In this document: positions 9,292-19,109 of the stretch, piece by piece
How the letters are laid out: each line of letters starts with the position of its first letter
Numbering within the stretch: position 1 is the stretch's first letter
Source: Bythopirellula sp.
GTDB lineage: Bacteria > Planctomycetota > Planctomycetia > Pirellulales > Lacipirellulaceae
Direction of reading: 5' to 3'
DNA length: 64,000 nt
NCBI GenBank assembly: GCA_965216565.1
Contig: OZ244170.1
Coordinates: 3,072,001-3,136,000 of the forward strand
The notes under the pieces: model-generated
Database searches by the model: none
What the model was told of the DNA's origin: nothing
What the model saw: the letters and a program-made list of their open reading frames with translations, nothing else
Translations under genes and position numbers: made by a program

Positions 9292-10134
9292 CTAACCCAA
9301 CAGACGTTCAAGCCAGTCTTCGAAGTCAGAATCTTGACGGCGGGCGAAGAGCATATTCATATTGAGAGTTCGTACGCGGTCTGGCGTACCCCTGCTTTGG
9401 ATTGCTTCTACGAATTCATCGAAAGCCCTTTCGTCTGCGCTCAATAATGCTCGAGCTTCTTCGGAGTCGATCGCGGAGAGACGCGAGAGCGCTCGACTAC
9501 GAACATACTCATCGCCAGACTCAAGAATCTCACCGATCTGCGTTACTTCGTCGTCCGCACATAGATCCAAAGCAAAGCACATGAGTAAGGATTCTCCATT
9601 GGGATCCTCAAGCTCTCCACGTTTCTGAAGAAGTTCTACACGTGCTTTGCTCAACCCAGGCGACCGATCTTTTGGGGGAAGCGTCGTCACCGTTTTCGAG
9701 TCATAAGCTTCCACGGCTGATTCGGACTCGGCAAGGAGAGTTAGCATCTCTTCCAAACTCTGGAATCTGAGGCACGAGTCACCATCATGAAAAATGTGTG
9801 CTACCATGCCCGTCAGGGGGCCCTGTGTGATCACACACAGAGGATTGGAATCACAGGCATCGAGTGCTAATAGCAATTTTAACTCCGAAACAAACGCCCA
9901 AGCTTCGAAAGCAGGCCAGCAAGATAGCATTGACGTTGTAGATAGAAACTCGAGCCGCATTTTATCATTTCGCAGGCCATTGCATTGCAGTAGAAATTTT
10001 CTTATCGGCTCGGAAAGTCTTCCACCAAATGTCTGCTCGACTGAGGCCAATGCATTGCCGGTAGCTGGGGGGGCCGCTTCAAATCCTTGTTTGGCAATTA
10101 ATGCCTCGATTGCCGACTGAATTCTCGATGACAT
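9292..10134 (-). CDS. SMI1/KNR4 (SUKH)-like protein with C-terminal HEAT-like repeat
   Basis: PPAT..ALASVEQTFGGRLSEPIRKFLLQCNG SUKH-like N-terminus; DEYVRSRALSRLSAI HEAT-like segment. Confidence 0.65.
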   Translation of the reverse strand: MSSRIQSAIEALIAKQGFEAAPPATGNALASVEQTFGGRLSEPIRKFLLQCNGLRNDKMRLEFLSTTSMLSCWPAFEAWAFVSELKLLLALDACDSNPLCVITQGPLTGMVAHIFHDGDSCLRFQSLEEMLTLLAESESAVEAYDSKTVTTLPPKDRSPGLSKARVELLQKRGELEDPNGESLLMCFALDLCADDEVTQIGEILESGDEYVRSRALSRLSAIDSEEARALLSADERAFDEFVEAIQSRGTPDRVRTLNMNMLFARRQDSDFEDWLERLLG

Positions 10135-10357
10135 TGCCCTGTCCCTCTGCTTTCCAATCGCTGACTATTTCGACTATCAGTGCGATTCCATTAGAACGAG
10201 ATGCGACATGGATTACTAGAAACACATGTGTTTCTAGAAAATCATCGTACTGTCGCAGTTTGTTCTCGGATACTTCGTCGACGGTCGCCTTCTCGGGCTA
10301 ACAATGGCATCGCACCTGCCTCTGCTTACCTCTTCCGTATTCGTTCATCAGCACCCT

Positions 10358-10423
10358 GCCTTGCGATGCGTGGCATCGCGGTTGGCTCTGGATTCGTTTA
10401 TCCCGTCGCTGACGCTCGGGGCT
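10358..10423. repeat. Two adjacent REP-like elements
   Basis: gccttgcgatgcgtggcatcgcggttgg (10358-10385) and cccgtcgctgacgctcggggct (10402-10423; similar copy at 23809-23830). Confidence 0.6.
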
Positions 10424-10515
10424 TGCCATTCGTCTTCCGCTGAGCCCCTAGAACGCCGCGCCTAAACCGCTAGAATAGTGATGCACCATCACACCGCATC
10501 CCCCTCCCTAGCGCT

Positions 10516-11634
10516 ATGGATATCGCTTCCCAACTCGAACGCACGCCCCTTTACGATTGGCATGTGAATCACGACGCCCGGATGGTCGAGTTTGCCGGGT
10601 GGTCGATGCCGATCCAGTATTCGTCGATCGTCGAGGAACATCAGCTCACTCGCAATGCGGTCGGGTTGTTCGACATCTCGCACATGGGCCGCATTCTGGT
10701 GGAGGGGCCCGACGGCGGGAAGTTTCTCGATTCGCTCCTCACCCGCTCCGTGGCCGACATGAAGGCGAGCCAAATTCGCTATTCGCTCATCTGCAACGAG
10801 GCGGGCATGGTGCTCGACGATGTGCTCGCCTATCGCCCCGTCATCAACGCCGACAAACCCCTCGGCTATGGCCTGGTTGTTAATGCCAGCAATCGCGAGA
10901 AGATTGTCGCCTGGCTGGAAAAACACAAGGGCTCCCACAACGTCGAACTGCGCGACATGACCAAGGCCTACGCCATGATCTCCGCCCAGGGACCGCAGGC
11001 GATTCCGCTGATTGACAAACACACCGAGAGCGAAGTGACCGCGCTGCGTTACTACACCGGCGAGATGATGACCGTTTGCGGGGTCGACTGCTTTGTGAGC
11101 CGCACCGGCTACACAGGTGAAGATGGGTGCGAATTGATTTGCGACGAAGACAAGATTGCTGCCGTGTGGGAAGCCCTGGTGACAGACGCCACAGAGCTGG
11201 GCGGCGGGGTCGTCGGTTTGGCGGCGCGCGATACCCTGCGGCTCGAAGCGGGAATGCCCCTCTATGGCCACGAATTGACCGAAACGGTCAACCCGGTTGC
11301 CGCCGGGCTCGAGTTTGCGGTTAACATGCGTGACCGCGATTTTGTGGGCAAAGATGCGATCCTCAAGTTTCGTAGCGACAACACCCAACCGGTGCGGATC
11401 GGCATGCAACTGGAAGGGCGGCGTGTGCCGCGCGAGGGATGCCCGATTTTAATGAGCGAAGAGACCGTGGGCTGCGTCACCAGCGGCACGTTTTCGCCCA
11501 CCTTTGATCGACCGATTGCCATGGGTTACGTCAAACAAATTGCCGCCGCCCCGGGGACGTCGATCGCCGTCGACATCCGCGGCAAAGTCCACGCAGCCAA
11601 GATCGTCCCGTTGCCCTTCTATCACCGGGGCTAG
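10516..11634 (+). CDS. gcvT: Glycine cleavage system T protein (aminomethyltransferase)
   Basis: RTPLYDWH, MVEFAGWSMPIQY, GLFDISHMG, SRTGYTGEDG, ARDTLRLEAGMPLYG. Confidence 0.97.
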   Translation: MDIASQLERTPLYDWHVNHDARMVEFAGWSMPIQYSSIVEEHQLTRNAVGLFDISHMGRILVEGPDGGKFLDSLLTRSVADMKASQIRYSLICNEAGMVLDDVLAYRPVINADKPLGYGLVVNASNREKIVAWLEKHKGSHNVELRDMTKAYAMISAQGPQAIPLIDKHTESEVTALRYYTGEMMTVCGVDCFVSRTGYTGEDGCELICDEDKIAAVWEALVTDATELGGGVVGLAARDTLRLEAGMPLYGHELTETVNPVAAGLEFAVNMRDRDFVGKDAILKFRSDNTQPVRIGMQLEGRRVPREGCPILMSEETVGCVTSGTFSPTFDRPIAMGYVKQIAAAPGTSIAVDIRGKVHAAKIVPLPFYHRG

Positions 11635-11653
11635 AATACTCGGAGAGGAAACA

Positions 11654-12046
11654 ATGAAACCTGAAGAACTACAATACGCCAAGACGCACGAGTGGGTCGC
11701 CGTCAGCGAAGAAGGCGGCGCGAAGATCGCCACGCTGGGGCTCTCGGCCTTTGCCATCGAAGAATTGACCGACCTGGTCTACATCGACCTGCCGGCTGTA
11801 GGCGCCAACGTAGAACAGGGTCAGCCCTTTTGCGAAGTCGAATCCGTCAAAGCGGTCAGCGACATCTATTCCCCCGTCAACGGCGAAGTGACCGCCGTCA
11901 ACGAATCCCTGCCCGACGCGCTGGAAACCTTGAGCAACGATCCCTACGAAGCCGGTTGGATCGCGAAGATCAAGATCACAGACGAAGCCGGCCTCGACGA
12001 ACTACTCAGCCACGACGCGTATCAGAAACAGTGCGAGAATGTTTGA
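11654..12046 (+). CDS. gcvH: Glycine cleavage system H protein
   Basis: Start ATG 11654 after GAGGA; YAKTHEWV, lipoyl motif VESVKAVSDIYSPV. Confidence 0.97.
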   Translation: MKPEELQYAKTHEWVAVSEEGGAKIATLGLSAFAIEELTDLVYIDLPAVGANVEQGQPFCEVESVKAVSDIYSPVNGEVTAVNESLPDALETLSNDPYEAGWIAKIKITDEAGLDELLSHDAYQKQCENV

Positions 12047-12197
12047 AGGTTGAATTCTGAAGTTTGAATGTTGAAGGGCAAAATGTCGTGCTTCACGTGA
12101 TTCAACATCTTTCTGATAGGCGACCTCACTCATAGCACTTACAACGAGTAACCCTCCCACTTCAAAATTCAACCTTCTCACTTCAAACTTGCTCCCT

Positions 12198-13571
12198 ATG
12201 CCTTACCTCTACAACACCCCCGAAGATCAGCAAGCGATGTTGGAGGCCATCGGTGCGCAGTCGATCGACGAATTGTTTGATCCGATTCCCGATGAGCTCA
12301 AGCTGACCCGTCCGCTCGCACTCCCTGCCGCCATGTCGGAAGTAGAGCTCGACGCCCACTTTCGCGAGCTCCAGTCCAACAACGGACATGCCGGCGAAAA
12401 GGTCTGCTTCCTGGGTGGTGGGTGTTACGATCACTTTGTGCCGGCGGTGGTCGATACCATCGGCTCTCGCAGCGAGTTCTACACTTCCTACACCCCCTAC
12501 CAGGCCGAAGCCAGTCAGGGCAATCTGCAGGTGATGTTCGAGTACCAATCGCTCATCACCGAGCTCACCGGCATGGATGTTTCCAATGCCAGTCTGTACG
12601 ACGGCGCCAGTGCCGCGGCCGAGGCGGTGCTGATGGCCCTCGGTGCCACCGGTCGCAAAAAGATTGTCGTCCCGGCGAGCCTGCATCCGGAATACCGCTC
12701 CACGATCGTCACCTATCTGGAAAACCTCGACGCCGACGTCAAGCTCGTCGAAACACCGGGCGGAGTGATCGATGCCGAGCAACTGCGAGCCGCGGTTGAC
12801 GATTCCACCGCTGCCGTGGTGCTCCAGCAACCCAACTTTTTCGGCTGCATCGAAGATGCCCAATCGGTGGCGAAGATCGCGCAGCAAGCAGGGGCCCTGT
12901 TGATCGGCGTGTTCGATCCCATCAGCTTGGGCATCCTTAAGCGTCCCGGCGATTACGGCGCGAACATCGCCGTGGCCGAGGGGCACACGATGGGCACGCC
13001 GATGTCCTATGGTGGGCCCTTCCTGGGAATCATGGCGTGCGACCAGTCGCTGGTCCGCCGCATGCCGGGCCGCATCGCAGGACAAACGGTCGACCGCCGC
13101 GGCAATCGCTGCTACGTCCTCACCCTGCAAACCCGCGAACAACACATCCGTCGCGAAAAGGCCACCAGTAACGTTTGCACCAACCAGGGTCTGTTCGCCC
13201 TCCGGGCCACCGTGTATCTCACGCAACTTGGTCCCCAGGGCTTGCGCGAGACGGCCAACCTATGCTTGCAAAAGTCTCGCTACGCCGCCGAGCAACTCTG
13301 CCAGGGGGAACGGTTCACACTGGCATTTGACGAGCCAACCTTCAAAGAATTTGTCGTTCGCGATGCCGAGAACCGCGTCGACGAGCTCATGGAAACCGCG
13401 CTTGATGCCGGTTTCCACGCCGGGGTGCCCCTCGGTCAGTGGTACCCGGAACTACAAGACTGCTTCCTGGTGGCGGTGACCGAAAAACGAACTAAAGCAG
13501 ACATCGACCGACTGGTCACTACCCTTAATGTCGAAGCTCGGAATGAAGCTGCCATCCCATCCAATACGTAA
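12198..13571 (+). CDS. gcvPA: Glycine dehydrogenase subunit 1
   Basis: FLGGGCYDH, EFYTSYTPYQAEASQG, NASLYDGA, TREQHIRREKATSNVCTN. Confidence 0.96.
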   Translation: MPYLYNTPEDQQAMLEAIGAQSIDELFDPIPDELKLTRPLALPAAMSEVELDAHFRELQSNNGHAGEKVCFLGGGCYDHFVPAVVDTIGSRSEFYTSYTPYQAEASQGNLQVMFEYQSLITELTGMDVSNASLYDGASAAAEAVLMALGATGRKKIVVPASLHPEYRSTIVTYLENLDADVKLVETPGGVIDAEQLRAAVDDSTAAVVLQQPNFFGCIEDAQSVAKIAQQAGALLIGVFDPISLGILKRPGDYGANIAVAEGHTMGTPMSYGGPFLGIMACDQSLVRRMPGRIAGQTVDRRGNRCYVLTLQTREQHIRREKATSNVCTNQGLFALRATVYLTQLGPQGLRETANLCLQKSRYAAEQLCQGERFTLAFDEPTFKEFVVRDAENRVDELMETALDAGFHAGVPLGQWYPELQDCFLVAVTEKRTKADIDRLVTTLNVEARNEAAIPSNT

Positions 13572-13582
13572 GGGGGCCACCC

Positions 13583-13996
13583 ATGAAGGCCATAGCACAA
13601 CCTTTATTCACTCTGGGCATAATTATTTCGTTGTTGGTGATCCTCTGTTCCTACTCAAATCCTACAACGGCAGAACAAACGGGAGACAAATCATCGTCAC
13701 TTCCAGGAGTATTCGAAGAAGGCAAGATAGTTACGCTCATTTTGGACGAATCAAGTGCCCTAGAGAGCAAAACATCGACTAGAACACTGACAAACGCAAG
13801 AATCGTAGAAATCGGGAAGCGTTTTTTTATTACGGGAACCGCCTATGTTACAGATCATGATGTCTACGAGAATTCCAAATATATGGAAGGTGTGTTCGTT
13901 GGCATCGCATGGGACAGCGTTTCCGAATTTCGTGAGCACACCAAAGAGCAATTCGACAACTATCTTGAAGAATGGAAGAGACGCTCCGAACAATAG
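13583..13996 (+). CDS. Hypothetical exported protein inserted in the gcv operon
   Basis: 137 aa ORF with SD-like GGGGG and N-terminal signal-like segment; more AT-rich than its neighbours. Confidence 0.7.
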   Translation: MKAIAQPLFTLGIIISLLVILCSYSNPTTAEQTGDKSSSLPGVFEEGKIVTLILDESSALESKTSTRTLTNARIVEIGKRFFITGTAYVTDHDVYENSKYMEGVFVGIAWDSVSEFREHTKEQFDNYLEEWKRRSEQ

Positions 13997-14018
13997 CCAA
14001 GCAAGTCAGACCTGAGCC

Positions 14019-14054
14019 GTAAGGTGCGTTTCGCTAATGCTACACGCACCCTAC
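14019..14054. repeat. GTAG-type REP hairpin
   Basis: gtaaggtgcgt...acgcaccctac. Confidence 0.55.
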
Positions 14055-14057
14055 AAT

Positions 14058-14109
14058 TTCCTGGTGAGGGTGACCGAAAAACGAACTAAAGTAGACATCG
14101 ACCGACTGG
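14058..14109 (+). pseudogene. Duplicated 3' fragment of gcvPA
   Basis: 49 of 52 nt identical to 13464-13515; encodes FLVRVTEKRTKVDIDRL. Confidence 0.85.
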
Positions 14110-14171
14110 CTCAAACCCTAAACGGGCAAGCAAACGCACAGCTACAAACGGCTTCATCAGAAGGAATAGCT

Positions 14172-14239
14172 TCTCGCGAAGGCGCGAAGACGCAGAGGAA
14201 CTAGCTTTCGAAGCTTTGCGTCTTCGCGCCTTTGCGAGA
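14172..14239. repeat. Long palindromic intergenic element
   Basis: tctcgcgaaggcgcgaagacgcagag...ctttgcgtcttcgcgcctttgcgaga. Confidence 0.65.
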
Positions 14240-14273
14240 GACGTTACAAGAGTCTTTACTATTAAGAATCGAT

Positions 14274-15740
14274 ATGCGTAACAATCGCGACACCAAACTG
14301 ATCTTTGAACTTTCCAAGCCGGGCCGTCGCGCGGCACGTTTGCCGGCGTGCGATGTGCCCGAACGCGAGTTGCAGGACCTGCTGCCTGCCGGTTCCTTCG
14401 CCGAAGAGCCCCCTGCCCTGCCGGAGGTTTCCGAACCGCAAATCGTGCGGCACTTCGTCAATCTTTCTACGCAGAACATGTCGGTCGACACGCATTTCTA
14501 TCCCTTGGGCAGTTGCACCATGAAGTACAACCCCAAGCGGAACGAACGCGCCGCCGCCATGCCGGGCATGGCCGACCTGCATCCCTATCAGTCAGAAGCG
14601 TCGCTGCAAGGGATGCTCGAACTCCTCCACGGCATGCAGGAATACTTACAGGAAATCTCGGGGCTTCCCGCCTGTTCGCTGCAGCCTGCCGCGGGGGCGC
14701 ACGGCGAACTCACCGCGCTAATGGTCGCCGCCGCCTACTTTCGCGACAGTGATCAAAGGAGTGGCAAACAGCGCACCAAGGTCCTCGTGCCCGACAATGC
14801 TCACGGCACCAACCCGGCCAGCGCCATCATGGCGGGATTTAAGTCGGTCTCTGTGAAAACCACCGCCTCGGGTTTCGTCGACATGGACGACTTCGCCGCG
14901 AAGTGCGACGATCAGGTTGCCGTGCTGATGATCACCAACCCCAGCACGTTGGGACTTTTTGAACCCAACATGCGCGAGATTGCCGACCAGGTTCACGCGC
15001 AGGGCGGACTGGTCTATCTGGATGGAGCCAACATGAATGCCATTCTGGGCATCAGCCGTCCCGGCGATTTTGGCGTCGACATGCAACACTATAATCCGCA
15101 CAAAACATTCAGCGGCCCCCACGGTGGCGGCGGACCCGGTGCTGGCCCAATCTGTGTGACGGAAAAGCTCGCCGACTATTTGCCGGTTCCGGTGGTGCGT
15201 AAGAACGACGAGCGTTACTCGCTGGACTTCAAGCTCCCCAAAACAATTGGCCGCGTCCGCGCGTTCTTTGGCAACGTCGGCGTCTTGGTCCGCGCTTACG
15301 CCTATATCCGTACGCATGGCCCCGATGGTTTGAAGAGTGTCTCGGAAAATGCCGTGCTCAATGCCAATTACGCACTCTCGCGAATCAAGCACATTCTTCC
15401 GGTCCCGCAGGGCCACCGCTGCATGCACGAATTCGTGGCCACAGCCAGCGAACTCAAGCGCGAGAAGAACATCACTGCGATGGACATTGCCAAACGGTTG
15501 CTCGACTATGGATTCCATGCCCCCACCGTTTATTTTCCACTAACGGTGCCCGAGGCCATCATGGTGGAGCCCACAGAAACCGAGAGCAAAGAAACGCTCG
15601 ACGCGTTTGCCGAAGTGCTGTTCCGCATCACCGAGGAAGATCCGGATCTGTTGCACGATGCCCCCCACTCAACTGCTGTAAGCCGCCCCGATGAAGTCGG
15701 CGCCGCCCGCAAGCCAGTCCTTTGTTTTTGTGCGGGATAG
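14274..15740 (+). CDS. gcvPB: Glycine dehydrogenase subunit 2
   Basis: Start ATG 14274; YPLGSCTMKYNPK, QPAAGAHGE, PLP-lysine motif NPHKTFSGPHGGGGPG, MVEPTETESKE. Confidence 0.96.
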   Translation: MRNNRDTKLIFELSKPGRRAARLPACDVPERELQDLLPAGSFAEEPPALPEVSEPQIVRHFVNLSTQNMSVDTHFYPLGSCTMKYNPKRNERAAAMPGMADLHPYQSEASLQGMLELLHGMQEYLQEISGLPACSLQPAAGAHGELTALMVAAAYFRDSDQRSGKQRTKVLVPDNAHGTNPASAIMAGFKSVSVKTTASGFVDMDDFAAKCDDQVAVLMITNPSTLGLFEPNMREIADQVHAQGGLVYLDGANMNAILGISRPGDFGVDMQHYNPHKTFSGPHGGGGPGAGPICVTEKLADYLPVPVVRKNDERYSLDFKLPKTIGRVRAFFGNVGVLVRAYAYIRTHGPDGLKSVSENAVLNANYALSRIKHILPVPQGHRCMHEFVATASELKREKNITAMDIAKRLLDYGFHAPTVYFPLTVPEAIMVEPTETESKETLDAFAEVLFRITEEDPDLLHDAPHSTAVSRPDEVGAARKPVLCFCAG

Positions 15741-15771
15741 TGGCTTCATTGACACGAACTACTAACTTAAT

Positions 15772-15863
15772 TCCCTCCCCTCGATGGGGAGGGTTAGGGA
15801 GGGGTGACAGCGGAGGGAATCACAACAGCCCCCCTCCCCGGCCCTCCCCACCGAGGGGAGGGA
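15772..15863. repeat. CCCTCCCC/GGGGAGGG palindromic repeat doublet
   Basis: tccctcccctcgatggggagggttagggagggg...ccctccccggccctccccaccgaggggagggag. Confidence 0.6.
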
Positions 15864-15951
15864 GTCGCAAACTCAAACCTCTAAACTTCTTGAGTCATCG
15901 CGGTGAATCCAATCCTCCTTCGCTTTGATTCTTTATCTTGCGTCCCCAACA

Positions 15952-16734
15952 ATGTCCTACCCCTGCCAACTGATCGTTGATCCGCCCGCCTCCGGGGCTC
16001 GGAATATGGCAGTCGACGAAGCACTCCTAGAGCATGTCGGCCAATCGGGCTCTGCAGTGTTGCGTCTCTACCGGTGGAAACGACCGACACTGTCGCTGGG
16101 CTATTTCCAGAATTGCGAAGACCGACAATCGCACCCGGCAAGTCTAGCCGCCGATGTGGTCCGCCGGCAAAGCGGCGGCGGGGCCATTCTCCACGACTCG
16201 GAGATTACCTACAGTTTTGTCGCACCGTCAGACCATCCTTGGGCCGGAGATACCCGGCAACTGTACGACACGTTCCATCAGTCTTTAATCACCTGGCTTA
16301 CTAATGTCGCCGGTAGTCAACTTGGCGAACGGCAGATTGTTCCCTGCAGCCCAGCGGTAGCAGACAATGGGAAGGAGGAGGCATTCCTGTGCTTTCAGCG
16401 CCGGTCGCGGGGCGACGTTTTAATCACCGACCGTACGGAGGCTGACGACTACAAAGTGATCGGCAGTGCCCAACGTCGCCGCCGCACCGCCGTTCTTCAG
16501 CATGGAAGTATTCTTTGGAATACCTCGCCGTTTGCTCCAGAGATTTGCGGTTTTGCGCAAGTGCTTGGAATTGACACAACAATTGAGCAGGCGTTTGAAA
16601 ATCTTGAGACCAATATCGGCACACTTTTGCCCCTGGAAATCGAGCCGATTAATTTGCCAGCTCCAGTTCAAGAGCTTGCCAGGCAGTTGGAAGCTTCTCG
16701 CTACGGCCAATCAGCTTGGACGAAGCGTCGCTAA
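15952..16734 (+). CDS. Lipoate--protein ligase / octanoyltransferase (LplA/LipM family)
   Basis: NMAVDEALL, LRLYRW..PTLSLGYFQ, VRRQSGGGAILH, KVIGSAQRR, LQHGS; follows the gcv operon. Confidence 0.9.
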   Translation: MSYPCQLIVDPPASGARNMAVDEALLEHVGQSGSAVLRLYRWKRPTLSLGYFQNCEDRQSHPASLAADVVRRQSGGGAILHDSEITYSFVAPSDHPWAGDTRQLYDTFHQSLITWLTNVAGSQLGERQIVPCSPAVADNGKEEAFLCFQRRSRGDVLITDRTEADDYKVIGSAQRRRRTAVLQHGSILWNTSPFAPEICGFAQVLGIDTTIEQAFENLETNIGTLLPLEIEPINLPAPVQELARQLEASRYGQSAWTKRR

Positions 16735-17078
16735 GGTCTCGAATACCGATCTGCCGATAAGAATAGGGTGATGCCGACAGAACTATTTCTGCGGAGGTTG
16801 CAGGCGGGCAATCCCCGGAAAATACCTAGGTAGAGGGGTACGAGCTAGGATTCGCGTGCATAGAATTCCTTTGGAACAGAGCCTGCTATTGCTGGCTGAT
16901 TAACCCGGTCCTTGTTATGCTAGGCATCGGATAATGAGTTTTCATGCTGAGCCATATAACAGTGGCCCTAGCAGGCAGTAACAATCTAGAGGACGGCTGA
17001 CTTTAGATCCTGTGTTGGAGACCCTGTGGGGGGGTCCCATCGATCAGGCTGGCCGGTCCATGGGTGGTACTTTTCTCA

Positions 17079-17768
17079 ATGGACGTAGTACTAAAAGTCA
17101 TCGAAGGCGCCAAAGAGGGCGGCGAGCTAAAAATCAAGAAAGAGAAATTCTTGATTGGCCGCAGTCCCAAATGCCACCTTTGTGCCGGTAGTACCGCCAT
17201 CAGTCGGCAACACTGTGCGATCAAGCGCAACGACTCCCGAGTTTCCATCAAAGATTATGGCAGCCGCAACGGGACGTTAGTTAACGGCAAGAAAATCAAG
17301 AAAGAGACCGAGCTCTTTTCGGGCGACGAAATCACCATCGGCCCATTGAAGTTTTTGATCACCATCACGCACGGCATCAACAACACCAAGAAATCGGAAG
17401 TCAAATCGGTTGCCGAAGCGGTGGAACGTACCGTCGCCAAAGGTGACTCAGGATCCGCCGGCGACGATATTACCGATTGGCTGTTAGAACCCGTCGCACC
17501 TTTGCCTCAGTCGGTTTCCGAAACGCAAACCATCGAGATGGACGACACCAACGCCCTGCAAATGCTTCGGCAAGGCGCTGAGGAAGCGGGAGACGACGAA
17601 GGCTCGTCCATACTGGAAGGCGCCGAGTCGGAAGAAACCTCTGAAGACGACAGCAAAAAGGGCAAGAAGAAACCCGGTAAACTTCCACCAATAGCCCGAG
17701 AGCCCGCCACCAAAGATAGCCGTGAAGCCGCTTCCGAAGCGCTCCGCAATTGGAATCGCCGCCGCTAA
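17079..17768 (+). CDS. FHA domain protein with acidic tail
   Basis: LIGRS..CHL, ISRQHC, DYGSRNGTLVNG. Confidence 0.9.
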   Translation: MDVVLKVIEGAKEGGELKIKKEKFLIGRSPKCHLCAGSTAISRQHCAIKRNDSRVSIKDYGSRNGTLVNGKKIKKETELFSGDEITIGPLKFLITITHGINNTKKSEVKSVAEAVERTVAKGDSGSAGDDITDWLLEPVAPLPQSVSETQTIEMDDTNALQMLRQGAEEAGDDEGSSILEGAESEETSEDDSKKGKKKPGKLPPIAREPATKDSREAASEALRNWNRRR

Positions 17769-17780
17769 CCTTCTTCCGCT

Positions 17781-18032
17781 ATGAATTCTCGTCGACCGAA
17801 AAAGAAAAGCCCTGACGGCGCTCTGCTAGGTTTAGCGTTTGATGCCAACGATGATCAAAAACGCATTACCCGCGGACCCAACTTTGTACTCGCCGGCGGT
17901 TCGCAAGAAACACATTCGGTGATGCAAGAGACGGCCATAAAGATCAACGAACATCTCGACCAACGCGGCAAACAACTCTCTGAGATCAGCCCTGGCGAAC
18001 TCCGCGACATCGTCGAAGACATTCATGGCTGA
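17781..18032 (+). CDS. Small hypothetical protein
   Basis: Starts 13 nt after the FHA gene stop; LLGLAFD..D.QKRITRG.NF.LAGGS.ETH..MQE. Confidence 0.75.
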   Translation: MNSRRPKKKSPDGALLGLAFDANDDQKRITRGPNFVLAGGSQETHSVMQETAIKINEHLDQRGKQLSEISPGELRDIVEDIHG

Positions 18033-18135
18033 GCGGGGAGCGGAGAGTCGAGAGTACAGCATCAACTGCCCCCTAACTCGCCCCCCAACTTCCAACCCCA
18101 TAGCCGCGATTCGACGAATCGCCGGGGGCCCCAAG

Positions 18136-18167
18136 AAAAAGAGCCCTGGAGCAACGCTCCAAGGCTC
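18136..18167 (-). terminator. Intrinsic terminator
   Basis: gagccctggagc-aac-gctccaaggctc stem followed by a U-run on the minus strand. Confidence 0.7.
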
Positions 18168-18198
18168 AATAGATCTCTAGTCTCTAGTCTCTCAACTC

Positions 18199-18714
18199 TC
18201 AGAATTCACCTTCAACTGAACCGACAAGTTCCAGTTCGTCTTCGTTCTCACCTTGCTCGGCATCTTGCGATTCTTCTTGCTGATTTTCTTCGTCCGCTCC
18301 CCGAGCAGCCTTTTCCGCAGGCGTTAGCTGCACGTAGCCCAAGCCGCGAATTACTTCTAGCACTTCGCTGCAAGTCGGGAACATGCGACCGCTGGTTCGC
18401 TTGTATTCGTCCAGGGCATTCATGAATTCAACTTCCCCGTCCGTGTAGTCGCGCTCACAGGTGGTGGGGTCAATTTGGCGACGACGTTGAACCTTCTTGC
18501 GACGCTCTACTTTGGGAGCATCAGAGCCGGTGGAATCTTCACGGCGACGATCGATCGTGACTTCTTGATCGCCAGCTTCTGGCTTGGAATCCGACTTCTT
18601 CTTGCTGGCTTTGCTGGAGGACTTGCTGGCCTTGCGAGTCTTGGTCGAAGCTTTGGTCTTGCGGGATGTGGTTTTGGTGGCTTTGGACTTGGAAGCGGTG
18701 GTTTTCTTAGGCAT
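18199..18714 (-). CDS. Planctomycete-type hypothetical protein with basic histone-like N-terminus
   Basis: RBS AGGAG; K/T/S-rich N-terminus; [40 protein letters not shown] core. Confidence 0.85.
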   Translation of the reverse strand: MPKKTTASKSKATKTTSRKTKASTKTRKASKSSSKASKKKSDSKPEAGDQEVTIDRRREDSTGSDAPKVERRKKVQRRRQIDPTTCERDYTDGEVEFMNALDEYKRTSGRMFPTCSEVLEVIRGLGYVQLTPAEKAARGADEENQQEESQDAEQGENEDELELVGSVEGEF

Positions 18715-19109
18715 GGGGAGTTGCTCCTAAAGGGGGCCCGTGGTGGGCAGGTCGCTTAGTGAATGTTCACCTCTGACGCTAGCAATCATCGGAATGCCGA
18801 CTGAGTAAAATAGAACAACTAGTAAAAAAGATAGGTTTGCGTAGTATTGCCGGTTGGTACGAATAGTCCGGCCTGGCCAAGCTTTTCTGCATATCCGTCA
18901 CAAACCGACCGGGCAAACTATTGGGCCAGCCGCATGGCTCCCACCTGCCAGCTAGTCGAGCCGAACTTGCCAATATTCCCGCCTGCTGCTACTTTTCCCC
19001 ACCCCAATGGGCCCGATGTCAGAGCCCGTTGCGATCCGAGTTGCCGTTCGCACCACCGGCAACGCTTTAGATTTGAACAAGAGGCGTGCCAAGCTGCGCG
19101 TTGCCCATC

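Noticed and set aside
10135..10300. Open stretch on the minus strand upstream of the SUKH-like gene as a toxin remnant
   Set aside because: No convincing start and no recognisable toxin motif
10424..10515. Glycine riboswitch upstream of gcvT
   Set aside because: No GGAGA/CCGAAG/CTCTCAGG aptamer core found; upstream DNA is occupied by REP-like elements
10489..15518. Long antisense ORFs over the gcv genes
   Set aside because: GC-rich antisense shadows of well-conserved genes
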